A DNA stretch of 64,000 nucleotides, from positions 52,578,001-52,642,000 of the forward strand of contig NC_086097.1 in assembly GCF_963921235.1 (NCBI RefSeq), read 5' to 3'. A program made the position numbers and the translations under genes. This DNA comes from Mobula hypostoma (lineage: Eukaryota). This document shows positions 48,401-61,600 of the stretch, in pieces. The notes beneath the pieces are model-generated. The model searched no databases. It saw only the letters and a program-made list of their open reading frames with translations, and was not told where the DNA came from. Each line of letters opens with the position of its first letter. The first letter of the stretch is position 1.

Positions 48401-50115
48401 TGAACTGAATAATTATTTTGCACCAGTCTTCACTGTGGAAGAAACTAGCAGAATGGTGGAAGTTCCAGTTGTCAGGGAGTATGAAGAGTGTGAAGTTACC
48501 ATAACTAGAGAGAAGGTTCTTAGGAAATTGAGATGTCTCGAGGTAAATAAGTCATTTGGACCACATGGTGTACACCCCAGGGTTCTGAAAGAGGTGGCTG
48601 AAGAGATCGTGGAGGCATTAGAAATGATCTTTCACAAGATTCTGCAATGATTCCGGAAAACTGGAAAATTACAAATGTCACTCCACTCTTCAAGAAGGGA
48701 GAGAAGCAAAAGAAAGGAAATCATAGGCCAGCTGGTCTGACCTCAATTGTTGGTAAGATGTTGAAGTCGATTATTAAGGATGAGGTCTCAGGGTACTTGG
48801 AGACACATGATAAGATAGGCTGTAGTCAGCATGGTTTCCTCAAGGGAAAATCTTGCCTGATCAATCTGTTGGAATTTTTTGAAGAAATAGCAAGCAGGAT
48901 TGACAAAGGAGAATCGGTTGATAATGTATGCTTGGATGTTTAGAAGGCCTTTGACAAGATGCCACACATGAGGCTGCTTAGCAAGCTACGAACCCATGGT
49001 ATTAGTGGAAAGATTCTAACAAGGACAAAGTAGTGGTTGATAGGCAGGAGGCAAAGAGTGGAAATAAAGGGAACCTTTTCAGGTTGGCTCCTGGTGACTA
49101 GTGGTGTTCCACAGGGGTCTGTGTTGGGACAAATTCTTTTTGCATTACATATCAGTGATTTGGATGATGGAATTGATGGTTTTGCTGCAAAGTTTGCAGA
49201 TGCAATGAAGATAGGTGCAGGGGCATGTAGTTTCGAGGAAATAGAGAGGTTAGTAAGGCCTTAGACAGATTAGGAGAATGAGCAAAGAAGTGGAAGGTGG
49301 AATACAGTGTTGGGAAATGTATGGTTATGCACTTTGGTAGAAGAAATGAAAGGGTTGACTATTTTCTAAATGGAGTGAAAATACAAAAATAACGGAGGCA
49401 CAAAGGGACTTGGGAGTCCTTGTGCAGGATTCTCTAAAGGTTAATTTGCAGGTTGAGTCTGTGGTGAGGAAAGTAAATGCAATATTAGTATTCCTTTCAA
49501 GAGGACTAGAATATAAAAGCAAGGATATAATGTGAGTCTTTATAAAGCACTGGCGAGGCCTCACTTGGAGCATTGTGAGCAGTTTTGGCCCCCTTATTTT
49601 AGAAAGAATGTGCTGAAACTGGAGGTGGTTCAAAGGATATTCTCGAAAATGTTTCCAGGATTGATTGGCTTGTCATATGAAGATCAATTGATGGCTGTGG
49701 GCTTGTAGTCATTAGAATTCAGACGAATGAGGGGTGACCTCACTGAAACTAATTGAATGGTGAATGGCATTGATAGAGTGGATTTGGAGAGGATGTTTCC
49801 TACGGTGGGAGAGTCTAAGACCAGAGGACTCGGCCTCAGAATAGAGGGCATCCTGTTAGAATGGAGATGAGGAGGAATTTCTTCAGCCAGAGAGTGGTGA
49901 ATCTGTGGAATTTGTTGCCACAGGCAGCTGTGGAGGCCAAGTCTTTATGTATATTTAAGGCAAAGGATAATAGATTCTTGATTGGTCGGGACATGAAGGG
50001 ATATGAGGAGAAGGCAGGAGATTGGGGCTGAGAGGAAAATTGGATCAGCCATGATGAAATGGTGGTGCAGACTTGATGGGCCAAATGGCCTAATTCTGCT
50101 CCTATGTTCTTTAGG
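45500..50115 (+). mobile_element. Degenerate near full-length CR1 (ORF1 SGNH esterase plus ORF2), interrupted by an L1
   Basis: VVIGDSLVRG..TNDMGR..DGLHLN esterase motifs; YDVVGITESW, NVTPLFKKG, GVPQGSVLG; 3' end GGGCCAAATGGCCTAATTCTGCTCCT. Confidence 0.85.
46224..47132 (-). mobile_element. 5'-truncated L1, same family as 37985-40213
   Basis: MSKDKL..CDRCHSEIASLTHMFWSC..EKTWRPF; 11-bp TSD GTATATATTTC at 46213-46223 and 47133-47143. Confidence 0.9.
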
Positions 50116-50424
50116 TCTTATCTTGCTCCTGTATATCTTCTCGTCACCATCAAAATTCTGCCAACAATAGTTGCATCCTCAACAAATTTATAGATTGCAT
50201 TTGAGCTGTGCCTGACCACACAGTCATGGGTGTAGAGAGGGCTGAGCACTGAGCTAAGCACACATCGCTGAGCTGTGCCAGTGTTGATTGTTGGCGAGGT
50301 GGAGGTGTTATTTATGATCCACACAGATTGTGGTCTTCCGATTAGAAAGGCAAGGATCCAGTTGCAGATGGAGGTACAGAACCTCAGGTTCTGGAGCTTT
50401 ACAATCAGAACTGTAGGAGTAATT

Positions 50425-50473
50425 TACACACAGACACGCACACACACTCATACGCACACACTCACATGTGCGT

Positions 50474-50513
<40 letters not shown>

Positions 50514-50560
50514 ACATGCGCACACACTCACACAAACACACACACACATACACACACTCA
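50425..50560. repeat. (CA)n microsatellite within an old Rex1-like fragment (~50115-50680, minus strand)
   Basis: Imperfect CA run; flank translates as TINTGTAQRCVLSSVLSPLYTHDCV. Confidence 0.9.
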
Positions 50561-50924
50561 CCTTCCCTCTAACACTGAGTTGTAGGCAATAAATAGCATC
50601 ATGTCATAGGTATTTGTATTGCCTGAGTAATCCAAGACCAAGTGAAGAGCCAATAAGATCGCATCCACCATAGACTTATTGTGGTGATAACCACAATGTT
50701 AATCATGCGGTAACAATACAATGCAATGCATTTTTTATAAAACTATACATTACAATAAGCAATATAATATGGAAAGCCAGCAAAAAATAGCGAGGTAGCG
50801 TTCATGGCTTGGTTCATTGTCCGTTCAGAAATGTGGAAGTCTGATGGTGGAGGGGAAGAAGCTGTCCCTAAAACACTAAATATATGTCATCAGGCTCCTG
50901 TACCTCCCCGATGATAGCAATGAG

Positions 50925-51872
50925 AAGAGTGCAAGTCTGACATCGATAGTTCGAAAGTTATTGGAGTCGATCCTCGAAGTGCATGACAAGATAGGCCCAA
51001 GCCAGCATGGTTTCATGAAGGGAAGATCCTGCCTCACCAACTTATTGGAATTTTTTGAGGTAATCTCAAATAAGATTGATAAGAGAGAGGCTGTGGATGT
51101 TGTGTATTTGGATTTTCAAAAGGCCTTCGATAAGGTGCCGCATAAGAGGCGGCTTAATAAGATGAGAGCCTATGGAATTACAGGAAAGATATTGAAATGG
51201 GTGGAGCATTGGCTGATAGGCAGAAAACAAAGGGTGGGAATAAAGGGATCCTATTCTGATTGGTTGCCGGTTACTAGTGGTGTTCCGCAGGGGTTGGTGT
51301 TGGGGCCGCTTCTTTTTACAATGTATATCGATGATTTAGATTATGGATTAAATAGTTTTGTGGCTACGTTTGCGGATGACACCAAGATAGGTGGAGGAGC
51401 AGGAAGTGTCGAAGAAATGGAAAGGTTGCAGAGAGACTTGGTCAGTTTAGGAGAGTGGGCAAAGAAATGGCAGATGAGATACAACTTTGACAAATGTACG
51501 GTTGTACATTTCAGAAGAAGAAATAATCGGGCAGATTATTATTTAGATGGGGAGAAAATTCAAAAATCGGAAGAGCAAAGGGACTTGGGGGTCCTCGTGC
51601 AGGATACCCTAAAGGTTAACCACCAAGTTGGATCGGTGGTAAGGAAAGCGAATGCTGTGTTAGCATTCATTTCAAGAGGAATAGTGTATGGGAGTAAGGA
51701 GGTGTTGATGAGGCTCTATGGGGCATTGGTGAGACCTCATTTGGAATACTGTGTGCAGTTTTGGCGAAATTGGAACTAGATGGGAGAATAGTTTAGCTCA
51801 TGGTGGAGTGGCAGAGCAGACTTGATGGGCCGAATGGCCTACTTCTGCTCCTTTGTCTTGTGATCTTGTGAT
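50925..51872 (+). mobile_element. CR1 RT fragment with an internal deletion near 51765
   Basis: SQHGFMKGRSCLTNL, YLDFQKAFDKVPH, FADD, LEYCVQFW, then a direct jump to the 3' UTR and (TCTTGTGA)n tail. Confidence 0.85.
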
Positions 51873-53104
51873 GTCCTAGATGAAGGATGTCCTTAATTAT
51901 GGGTGCCGCCGTTTTGAGGTTTCACCTTTTGAAGATGATCTTGATGCTGATGAGACGAGTGCTCATGATGGAGCTGGCAAAGTTTGCAACCCTCGGCAGT
52001 TTTTTTCAGATCTTGTGCAACGATCCCTCCATACCAGTTGATGATGCAATCAGTCGGAATGTTCTCCACGATATATCTCCAGAAATTTGCCAGAAAAATG
52101 TATCAATATCTTCTGCCCTTCTACGCCCTATAAACACAAGACTTTGCACTCCATTTTTCCCCATTATCTCCAAAGGAACTCCTTCTCAGTGCAGATCCTT
52201 TCCCCCATTCTCCATACCTATTTGCCGATGTACGTGCGTTTCAAAATCTCTGCGCAGTGTGAGCCACTCCCCCAGGAGGGCAACAGCCAAGGTACAAGTT
52301 GGAAGGTACTGCTCCCAGCGGTAGTATGTATGAAAGCCACTCAGGGACCACATTCACTTGATAAAGGGCAAGAGGTCAAAAAGGTAGCACCTCAGTGATC
52401 CCTGAGATCTACCCACCTTGTGGCCAAAAAGCAAAGTTTCGCAGGATTGGACCATCAGCCCATTGTGTCAACTGATGTCCAACAGGTAAATTATAAATGC
52501 AGAATTTTTTATTATGCCTCATGAATATTCAAATCCTTCACAGGCACTGTATCACCTTTCACATTTTATTGTCATTTTTTTCTAAAACGCCTCAAAGGCT
52601 TTAGGTTAATTATTAACATCCTTCTGTGACTGTGGAATAAGCAACCCACTTAAAATTAAGAAATTTAAATTTACTTCCAAGCAAATTCAATTCCTGTAGT
52701 TTAATGAAGTATGAGAAAAACAGCAAACAGCAGTTATTTCCGGATGTTGTCAGAAATAACTGTATGATTAATATGTTCTACATCTGTGTTGACATAATCA
52801 TAACCTTTGGATGTGTCAGAAGTTTGCTAACTCACTCAGAGCAATTTGTCGGCATAAAACCCATGCATGTGTTACTTCTCAAAAGCAGGTGTTAAAATCA
52901 TTAATATAATTCACAATAATAAAATAAAATACTAATCTTCTTTGCATGTCCCACCCAACTGTCAATACATTTAACATGAAATATGTTGTTGATGTTAAGC
53001 AACAACTTTGTTAAGTTCACATGTCATGATCAGTATTCATGTTGGCTCAGTCCTTTATTTTCATTAACGTCATTATGAAAACACATCTTTGTGTAAGTTG
53101 GCTA

Positions 53105-55355
53105 GATAGTTGTCCACTCTTCAAGAAGGGAGAGAGGCAGAAGAAAAGAAACTATTGGCTAGTTACTCTGACCTCAGTGGTTGGGAAAATGTTGAAGTTG
53201 ATTATTAAGGTTGAGGTCTCAGGATTCTTGGGGGCACATGATAAAACAAGTCGTATTCAGCATAGTTTCCCCAAGGGAGAATCTTGCCTGAAAAATCGTT
53301 GAAAATCTTTGAAGAAATAACAAGCAGGATAGACAAGGGAGAATCGGTTGATGTTCTGCACTTGGATTTTCAGAAAGCCTTTAATAAGGTGCCACACAAG
53401 AGGCTGCTTAACAGGCTGGGAGCCCATGGTATTGATTCCAGCATGGATAAAGCAGTGGCTGACTGGCAGGAGGCAAAGTGTGGGAACAAAAGGAGCCTTT
53501 TCTGGTTGGCTGCTGGTGAGAAGTGGTGCTGGGACCGATTCTATTTGGGTTATACAGTGGCATGCAAATGTTTGGGCACCCCTGGTCAAAACTTCCGTTA
53601 CTGTGAATAGCTAAGCGAGTAAAAGATGAACTGATTTCCAAAAGGTATAAAGTTAAAGATGACACATTTCTTTAATATTTTAAGCAAGAAAACTTTTTTA
53701 TTTCCATCTTTCACAGTTTCAAAATAACAAAAAATGAAAAGAGCGTGAAGCAAAAGTTTAGGCACCCTGCATGGCAGTACTTAGTAACACCCCCTTTGGC
53801 AAGTATCACAGCTTGTAAATGCTTTCTGTAGCCAGCTAAGAGTCTTTCAATTCTTTAGGGGGATTTTCACCTGTTCTTCCTTGCAAAAGGCCAAAAAGTT
53901 CTATTTATCTTCATCAGTCCACAGGACTTGTTTCCAAAATGCATCAGGTTTATTTAGATGTTCTTTTGCAAACTTCTGATGCTGAATTTTGTGGTGAGGA
54001 CGCAGGAAAAGTTTTCTTCTGTTGACTCTTCCATGAAGGTCATATTTGTGCAGGTGTTGCTGCACCGTAGAACAGTGCACCACCACTCCAGAGTCTGTTA
54101 AATCTTCCCAAAGGTCCTTTGCAGTCATACGGGGGTTTTGATTTGCCTTTCTAGCAATCCTACGAACAGTTCTCTCAAAGTGCACAACATCAACCGATTC
54201 TCCCTTGTCTATCCTGCTTGTTATTTCTTCAAAGATTTTCAACCGATTTTTCAGCCAAGATTCTCCCTTGGGGAAACTATGCTGAATACGACTTGTTTTA
54301 TCATGTGCCCCAAGTATCCTGAGACCTCAACCTTAATAATCAACTTCAACATTTTCCCAACCACTGAGGTCAGAGTAACTAGCCAACAGTTTCTTTTCTT
54401 CTGCCTCTCTCCCTTCTTGAAGAGTGGACAACTATCTAGCCAACTTACACAAAGATGTGTTTTCATAATGACGTTAATGAAAATAAAGGACTGAGCCAAA
54501 ATGAATGCTTGCTTAGCTATTCACAGTAACAGAAATTTTGACCAGGGGTGCCCAAACTTTTGCATGCCACTGAATATCAATGATTTGAATGATGGAATTG
54601 ATGACTTCATTGCAAAGTTTGCAGATGATATGAAGCTAGGTGGAGGGAGGGGCTGGTGGTTTGAGGAAGTAGAGAGGCTACAGAAGGCCTTAGACAGATT
54701 AGGAGAAAGGGCAAAGAAATGGCAGATAGAACGTAGTGCTGGGAAATGTATGGTCATGCACCTTGGTAGAAGAAATGAAATGGTTGACTATTTTCTTAAT
54801 GGAGAGAAAATTCAAAAATCTGAGGTGCACAAGGGCACCCAGGAGACCTTGTTCAGGGTTCTCTAAAGGTTAATTTGCAGTTTGAGTCTGTGGTGAGGAA
54901 GGCAAAGGTGGGCATTCATTTCAAGAGGATTAGAATATAAAAGCAAAGATTTAACGTTGAGGCTTTATAAAGCACTGGCGAGGCCTCACTTGGAGTATTG
55001 TGAACAGTTTTGGGCCTCTGTCTAAGAAAGGATGTGATGATATTGGTGAGGGTACAATGGAAGTTTATGAAAATGATTTTGGAATTGAAAAACTTACCAT
55101 CAGAGACCTGTTCTCACTGGAATTCTGAAGAATGAAGAATGACCTCATTGAAACCAATCAAATGTTGAAAGGCCTTGATAGAGTGGATGTGCAGAGGATG
55201 CTTTCTGTGGTGGGAGAACCTAAGACCAGAGCATCTCCTCAGCATAGAGAAGCTTCCTTTTAGAACGGAGATGACAGGTAATTTCTTTAGCCACAGAGTG
55301 GTGAATGTGTGGGATTTGTAGCCACAGGCTGCTGTGGAGGCCAAGTCGTTGAGCA
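53105..55355 (+). mobile_element. Degenerate CR1 RT region interrupted by a Tc1 element
   Basis: PLFKKGERQKK, LDFQKAFNKVPH; frame resumes after 54572 as NINDLNDGIDDFIAKFADD. Confidence 0.85.
53555..54572 (-). mobile_element. Internally rearranged Tc1-family transposon with both TIRs
   Basis: TA|CAGTGGCATGCAAATGTTTGGGCACCCCTGGTCAAAA and its inverse TTTTGACCAGGGGTGCCCAAACTTTTGCATGCCACTG; transposase remnant NPRMTAKDL..HGRV..FWKQVLWTDE at 53901-54177. Confidence 0.9.
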
Positions 55356-55359
55356 TACT

Positions 55360-55880
55360 TAATCTATAGAAGCCCTTGAGATTCTCCTTCACTTTGTCTA
55401 CTGGAACAACCACATCTTTTTTTTTAAAAGTCCTCCTGAATTTCTTCCTAAGTGTTGTCTTGCATTTCTTGCATTCCTCAAGTACCTCATTTGCTCCTTC
55501 CTGTCTATACCTGCTATGCACCTCCTTCTTCTACTTAACCAGGCCACTATATCTCTCAAAAACCAAGATTCCCTAAATCTGTTGTCCTTGCCTTTTAATT
55601 CTGACAGGAACATACAGACGCTATACTCTCAAAATTAAGTCATCCCGCATGCCAAGTATACCTTTGCCAGAAAACGACCAGCCTCAATCCACACTTGTCA
55701 GATCCTTTCTGATACCATTTCAATGAACCTTCCTCGAATCTAGGTTCTCAATCCGAGGGCCAGACCTATCCTTCTCCATAATTGCCTTGTAACTAATGGC
55801 AAAGATCTCTAGATGCAAAATTTTCCCCTACACAAACTTCTGTCACCTGCTCTGTCTCATTCCCTAATAGAAGATCTAGT
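55360..55880 (-). mobile_element. Old CR1 fragment (EN-RT linker)
   Basis: Minus strand EVLEECKKCK..KVKENLKGFYR. Confidence 0.7.
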
Positions 55881-57008
55881 GTATCTGATTAGATGCATTA
55901 CAAACACATTTCAATCTATCCGAAACAGTTGCTGTTTTATAAGCACGTAGGAGCAAGGAGGATCCTTTGATTTAATGATATTGGAACTACACTACACAGA
56001 GGATTATTACAGTTTATTGACTTTTTCAACTTCCTCATCAGAGGTGAGATTATCTGTGCATTTAGTCAGTTCATTCTGAAGAAATTAGTGGCATATGCAT
56101 CAGGTACACAGCTGTTCAAAGCTGGACTAGAAAAGCTAGATGGCCAGCAGATGGAAAATCATGTGATGAAGTGTAAAGCAGAAGATGGAATTTACAATTA
56201 AGTTGGCTCAGTTACTGTAAATATCATTGGCAGCAATAAAAGTTGCTGGAGTAGATTTGAGATCCTGTAAACCTATTTTAAAGAGTTTGGAAATAAGTTT
56301 TTTAAAACAAGACCCCAAAAGTAGTCTTTTCCGGATTATTCATGGTGTCACACACCAGGGAGGTTATAGGAACGGGAGAATAGACCAATTGAATACATGT
56401 CAGACAGACTTTGCAAGGGGGAGGGGTATATATTTCTGGGACACTGGAACCAGTTCTGATGAAGGTGGTATCTGTACGAGAGCAAGCAGCTTTCCCCGGG
56501 AAGAACCCAGATTAATGCCCCAGGAACAGTGTTGTCTGGGCTTTCTGGAAAGGGTTGAAACAGAAGCATCTGGGGTCAGGGAAGCAGTACAGAAGGAAAG
56601 TCAAAAGGGGAACTAGGATCGAAACAAAGGACAGGAAGGGCGAAACAAAACTACAAGATAGAGAAATTGAGACAATCTGTTGTATGTAAGCAGACCAAAG
56701 AGCTCAAAGGATGTCAGCTGGCTCTCTAAACCGTTTCAGTCATAAAATGTTTCAAAATACTGATGATCTGAAAAAATGAACAAGGAGATACTGAGACAAT
56801 TAATCATTCTGGTCCATTTGAGAATCCAGTCCCAAAATGATATAGACAACTCTCAACTGGATTAGTAACCTATTCAGATCAATAGGGGTGGTTAATATAC
56901 ATCAGAATTTTGAGCCGTGTCCACAATCCAAGAATAAGTAAAATAGCAACACGCATAAAAGTTGCTGGTGAACGCAGCAGGCCAGGCAGCACCTCTAGGA
57001 AGAGGTAC

Positions 57009-57044
57009 AGTCGACGCTTCGGGCCGAGACCCTTCGTCAGGACT
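57009..57044 (-). ncRNA. Hammerhead ribozyme variant (GAAA to GAAG), probably impaired
   Basis: Minus strand AGUC-CUGACGA-AGGGUCUCGGCCC-GAAGC-GUC-GACU. Confidence 0.65.
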
Positions 57045-58217
57045 AACTGAAAGAAGAAATAGTGAGAGATTTGAAAGTGGGAAAGGGAGGGGGAGAACTG
57101 AAATGATAGGAGAAGACAGGAGAGGGAAGGAATGAAGCTAAGAGCTGGGAAGTTGATTGGCAAAAGGGATATGAGAGGATATGGGACGCCTAGGGAGAAA
57201 AAGGGGGAGGGGGGAAGCCCAAATGATGGGCAAGGAGTATAGTGAGAAGGACAGAAGGAGAAAAAGGAGAGAGAGAAAAATATATATAATAATAAAAGAT
57301 AACTAAATAACGGATGGGGTACGAAGGGGAGGTGGGGCATTAACAGAAGTTAGAGAAGACAATGTTCATGCCATCAGGTTGGAGGCTACTCAGATGGAAT
57401 ATAAAGTGTTGTTCCTCCAACCTGAGTGTGGCTTCATCTTGACAGTAGGGGATAGACATATCAGAATGGGAATGGGACGTGGGATTAAAATGTGTGGCCA
57501 CTGGGATACCCTGCTTTCTCTGGCGGACAGAGCATAGGTGTTCAGTGAAATGGTCTCCCAGCCTGCGTCAGGTCTCGCCAATATATAGAAGGCCGCATTG
57601 GGAGCACCGGACGCAGTATATCACCCCAGCCAATTCACAGGCGAAGTGTTGCCTCACCCGGAAGGACTGTCTGGGGCCCTGAATGGTGATGAGGGAGGAA
57701 GTGTAAGGGCATGTGTAGTACTTGTTCCGCTTACAAGGATAAGTGCCGGGAGGGAGATCGGTGGGGAGGGATGGGGTTATGAATGGACAAGGGAGTCGTG
57801 TGGGGAGCGATCCCTGCGGCTTTCTGCAGAGGGGGCTAAGGGAAAGATGTGTTTAGTGGTGGGATCCTGTTGGAGGTGGCAAAAGTTATGGAGAATTATA
57901 TGTTGGACCCGGAGGCTGGTGGGATGGTAGGTGAAGACAAGGGGAACCCTATTCCTAGTAGGGTGGCGGGAGGATGGAGTGAGAGCAGATGTACGTGAAA
58001 TGGGGGAGATGCGTTTGAGAGCAGAGTTGATAGTGGAGGAAGGGAAGCCCCTTTCTTTAAAAAAAGAGGACATCTCCCTCGTCCTGGATTGAAAAGCCTC
58101 ATCCTGAGAGCAGATGCAGCGGAGCCGAAGGAATTGCGAGAAGGGGGTGGCGTTCTTGCAAGAGACAGGGCGAGAAGAGGAATAGTCCAGGTAGCTGTGA
58201 GAGTCTGTAGGCTTATA

Positions 58218-61200
58218 AACATAGAACATAAAATAGTACAGCACAGTACAGGCCCTTTGGCCCACAATGTTGTGCTGACCCTCAAACCCTGCCTCCCATA
58301 TAAGCCCCCACCTTAAATTCCTCCATGTACCTGTCTAGTAGTCTCTTAATCTTAACTAGTGTATCTGCCTCCACCACTGACTCAGGCAGTGCATTCCACG
58401 CACCAACCACTCTCTGAGTGAAAAAGCTTCCTCTAATATCCCCCTTGAACTTCCCACCCCCTACCTTAAAGCCATGTCCTCTTGTATTGAGCAGTGGTGC
58501 CCTGGGGAAGAGGCACTGGCTATCCACTCTATCTATTCCTCTTATTATCTTGTACACCTCTATCATGTCTCCTCTCATCCTCCTTCTCTCCAAAGAGTAA
58601 AGCCCTAGCTCCCCTAATCTCTGATCATAATGCATACTCTCCAAACCAGGCAGCATCCTGGTAATTCTCCTCTGTACCCTTTCCAATGCTTCCACATCCT
58701 TCCTACAGTGAGGTGACCAGAACTGGACACAGTACTCCAAGTGTAGCCTAACCAGAGTTTTATAGAGCTGCATCATTACATCGCGACTCTTAAACTCTAT
58801 CCCTCGACTTATGAAAGCTAACATCCCATAAGCTTTCCTAACTACCCTATCCACCTGTGAGGCAACTGTCAGGGATCTGTGGACATGTACCCCCAGATCC
58901 CTCTGCTCCTCCACACTACCAAGTATCCTGCCATTTACTTTGTACTCTGCCTTGGAGTTTGTCCTTCCAAAGTGTACCACCTCACACTTTTCTGGGTTGA
59001 ACTCCATCTGCCACTTCTCAGCCCACTTCTGCATCCTATAAATCTCTCTCTGCAATCTTTGACAATCCTCTACACTATCTACAACACCACCAACCTTTGT
59101 GTCATCTGCAAACTTGCCAACCCACCCTTCTACCCCCACATCCAGTCCGTTAATAAAAATCACGAAAAGTAGAGGTCCCAGAACAGATCTGTATGGGACA
59201 CCACTAGTCACAATCCTCCAATCTGAATGTACTCCCTCTACCACGACCCTCTGCCTTCTGCAGGCAAGCCAATTCTGAATCTACCTGTCCAAACTTCCCT
59301 GGATCCCATGCCTTCTGACTTTCTGAATAAGCCTACCGTGTGCAACCTTGTCAAATGCCTTACTAAAATCCATGTAGATCACATCCACTGCACTACCCTC
59401 ATCTATATGCCTGGTCACCTCCTCAAAGAACCCTATCAGGCTTGTTAGACACAATCTGCCCTTCACAAAGCCATGCTGTCTGTCCCTGATCAGACCATGA
59501 TTCTCTAAATGCCAAGAGATCCTACCTCTAAGAATTTTTTTCCAACAGCTTTCCCACCACAGACGTAAGGCTCACTGGTCTATAATTACCCGGACTATCC
59601 CTACTACCTTTTTTGAACAAGGGGACAACATTCGCCTCCCTCCAATCCTCCCGTACCATTCCCGTGGACAACGAGGACATAAAGACCCTAGCCGGAGGGT
59701 CAGCAATCTCTTCCCTCACCTCGTGCAGCAGCCTGGGGAATATTCCGTCAGGCCCCGAGGACTTATCCGTCCTAATGTATTTTAACAACTCCAATACCTC
59801 CTCTCCCTCAATATCAACATGCTCCAGAACATCAATCTCACTCATATTGTCCTCCCCATCATCAAGTTCCCTCTCATTGGTGAATACCGAAGAGAAGTAT
59901 TCATTGAGGACCTCGCTCACTTCCACAGCCTCCAGGCACATCTTCCCACCTTTATCTCTAATCAGTCCTACCTTCACTCCTGTCATCCTTTTGTTCTTCA
60001 CATAATTGAAGAATGCCTTGGGGTTTTCCTTTACCCTACTCGCCAAGGCCTTCTCATGCCCCCTTCTTGCTCTTCTCAGCCCCTTCTTAAGCCCCTTTCT
60101 TGCTTCCCTATATTCCTCAATAGACGCATCTGATCCTTGCTTCCTAAACCTCATGTATGCTGCCTTCTTCCATCTGACTAGATTTTCCACCTCATTTGTC
60201 ACCCATGGTTCCTTCACCCTACCATTCTTTATCTTCCTCACTGGGACAAATTTATCCCTAACATCCCGCAAGAGATCTCTAAACATTGACCACATGTGCA
60301 AGTTCTAGCCTTATAGCCTCATAATTTGCTCTTCCCCCAAATAAAAATTTTCCTGTCCTCTCTAATTCTATCCTTCTCCATGATAATGCTAAAGGCCAGG
60401 GAGCGGTGGTCACTGTCCCCCAGATGCTCACCTACTGAGAGCTCTGTGACCTGACCCGGTTCATTACCTAATACTAGATCTAGTATGGCATTCCCCCTAG
60501 TCGGCCTGTCAACATACTGTGACAGGAATCCATCATGGACACACTTAACAAACTCTGCCCCATCTGAACCCTTGGAACTAATCAGGTGCCAATCAATATT
60601 AGGGAAGTTAAAGTCACCCATGATAACAACCCTGTTATTTCTGCACCTTTCCAAAATCTGCCTCCCAATCTGCTCCTCTGTATCTCTGCTGCTACCAGGG
60701 AGCCTATAGAATACCCCCAATAGAGTAACTGCTCCCTTCCTGTTCCTGACTTCCACCCATACTGACTCAAAAGAGGATCCTGCTACATTACCCACCCTTT
60801 CTGTAGTTGTAATGGTATCCCTGACCAGTAATGCCACCCCTCCTCCCCTTTTTCCACCTTCTCTATCCCTTTTAAGCACTGAAATCCAGGAATGTTGAGA
60901 ATCCATTCCTGCCCTGGTGCCAGCCAAGTCTCTGTAATGGCCACTACATCATAATTCCATGTATGTCTCCAAGCTCTCAGTTCATTACCTTTGTTCCTGA
61001 TGCTTCTTGCATTGAGGTACACACATTTCAGCCCTTCTACCTTGCTGTCTTTACACCGTTTATTCTGCTTCTCTTTCCTCAAAGCCTCCCTATATGTTAG
61101 ATCTGGCTTTACTCCATGCATTTCTTTCACTGCTCTATCACTCTGGGTCCCATCCCCCTTGCAAATTAGTTTAAACCCTCCCGAACCATGCCAGCGAACC

Positions 61201-61600
61201 TACCTGCAAGGATATTGCTCCCCCTCGAGTTCAGGTGCAACCCATCCAATCTGTACAGGTCCCACCTTCCCCAGAAGAGATCCCAATGATCCAAAAATCT
61301 AAAACCCTGCTCCATGCACCAACTCCTCAGCCACGCATTCAACTGCCATCTCCTCCAATTCTTACCATCACTGTCATGTAGCACTGGCAGCAATCCTGAG
61401 AACACCACCCTTGAGGTCCTGTTCTTCAGCCTTCTGCCTAGTTCCCGAAACTCACACTTCAGGACCTTATCCCTCTTCCTGCCTATGTCATTGGTCCCAA
61501 CATGTATCACAACTTCCGGTTGCTTTCCCTCTCGTACCAGGATGTTGTGCACCTGGTCAGAGACATCCCGGACCCTGGCACCCAGGAGGCAACAAACCAT
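58218..61600 (-). mobile_element. CR1 LINE (partial ORF1 esterase plus ORF2 APE-RT), several frameshifts
   Basis: HVGTNDIG..DGLHLN; CVYLNARSI, ITETW, MGDFN, SDH; YMDFSKAFDK, FADD; (AACATAG)n tail complement at 58218. Confidence 0.95.

Noticed and set aside
50275..50592. Thr/His-rich and Val/Cys-rich ORFs
   Set aside because: Translations of a (CA)n microsatellite.
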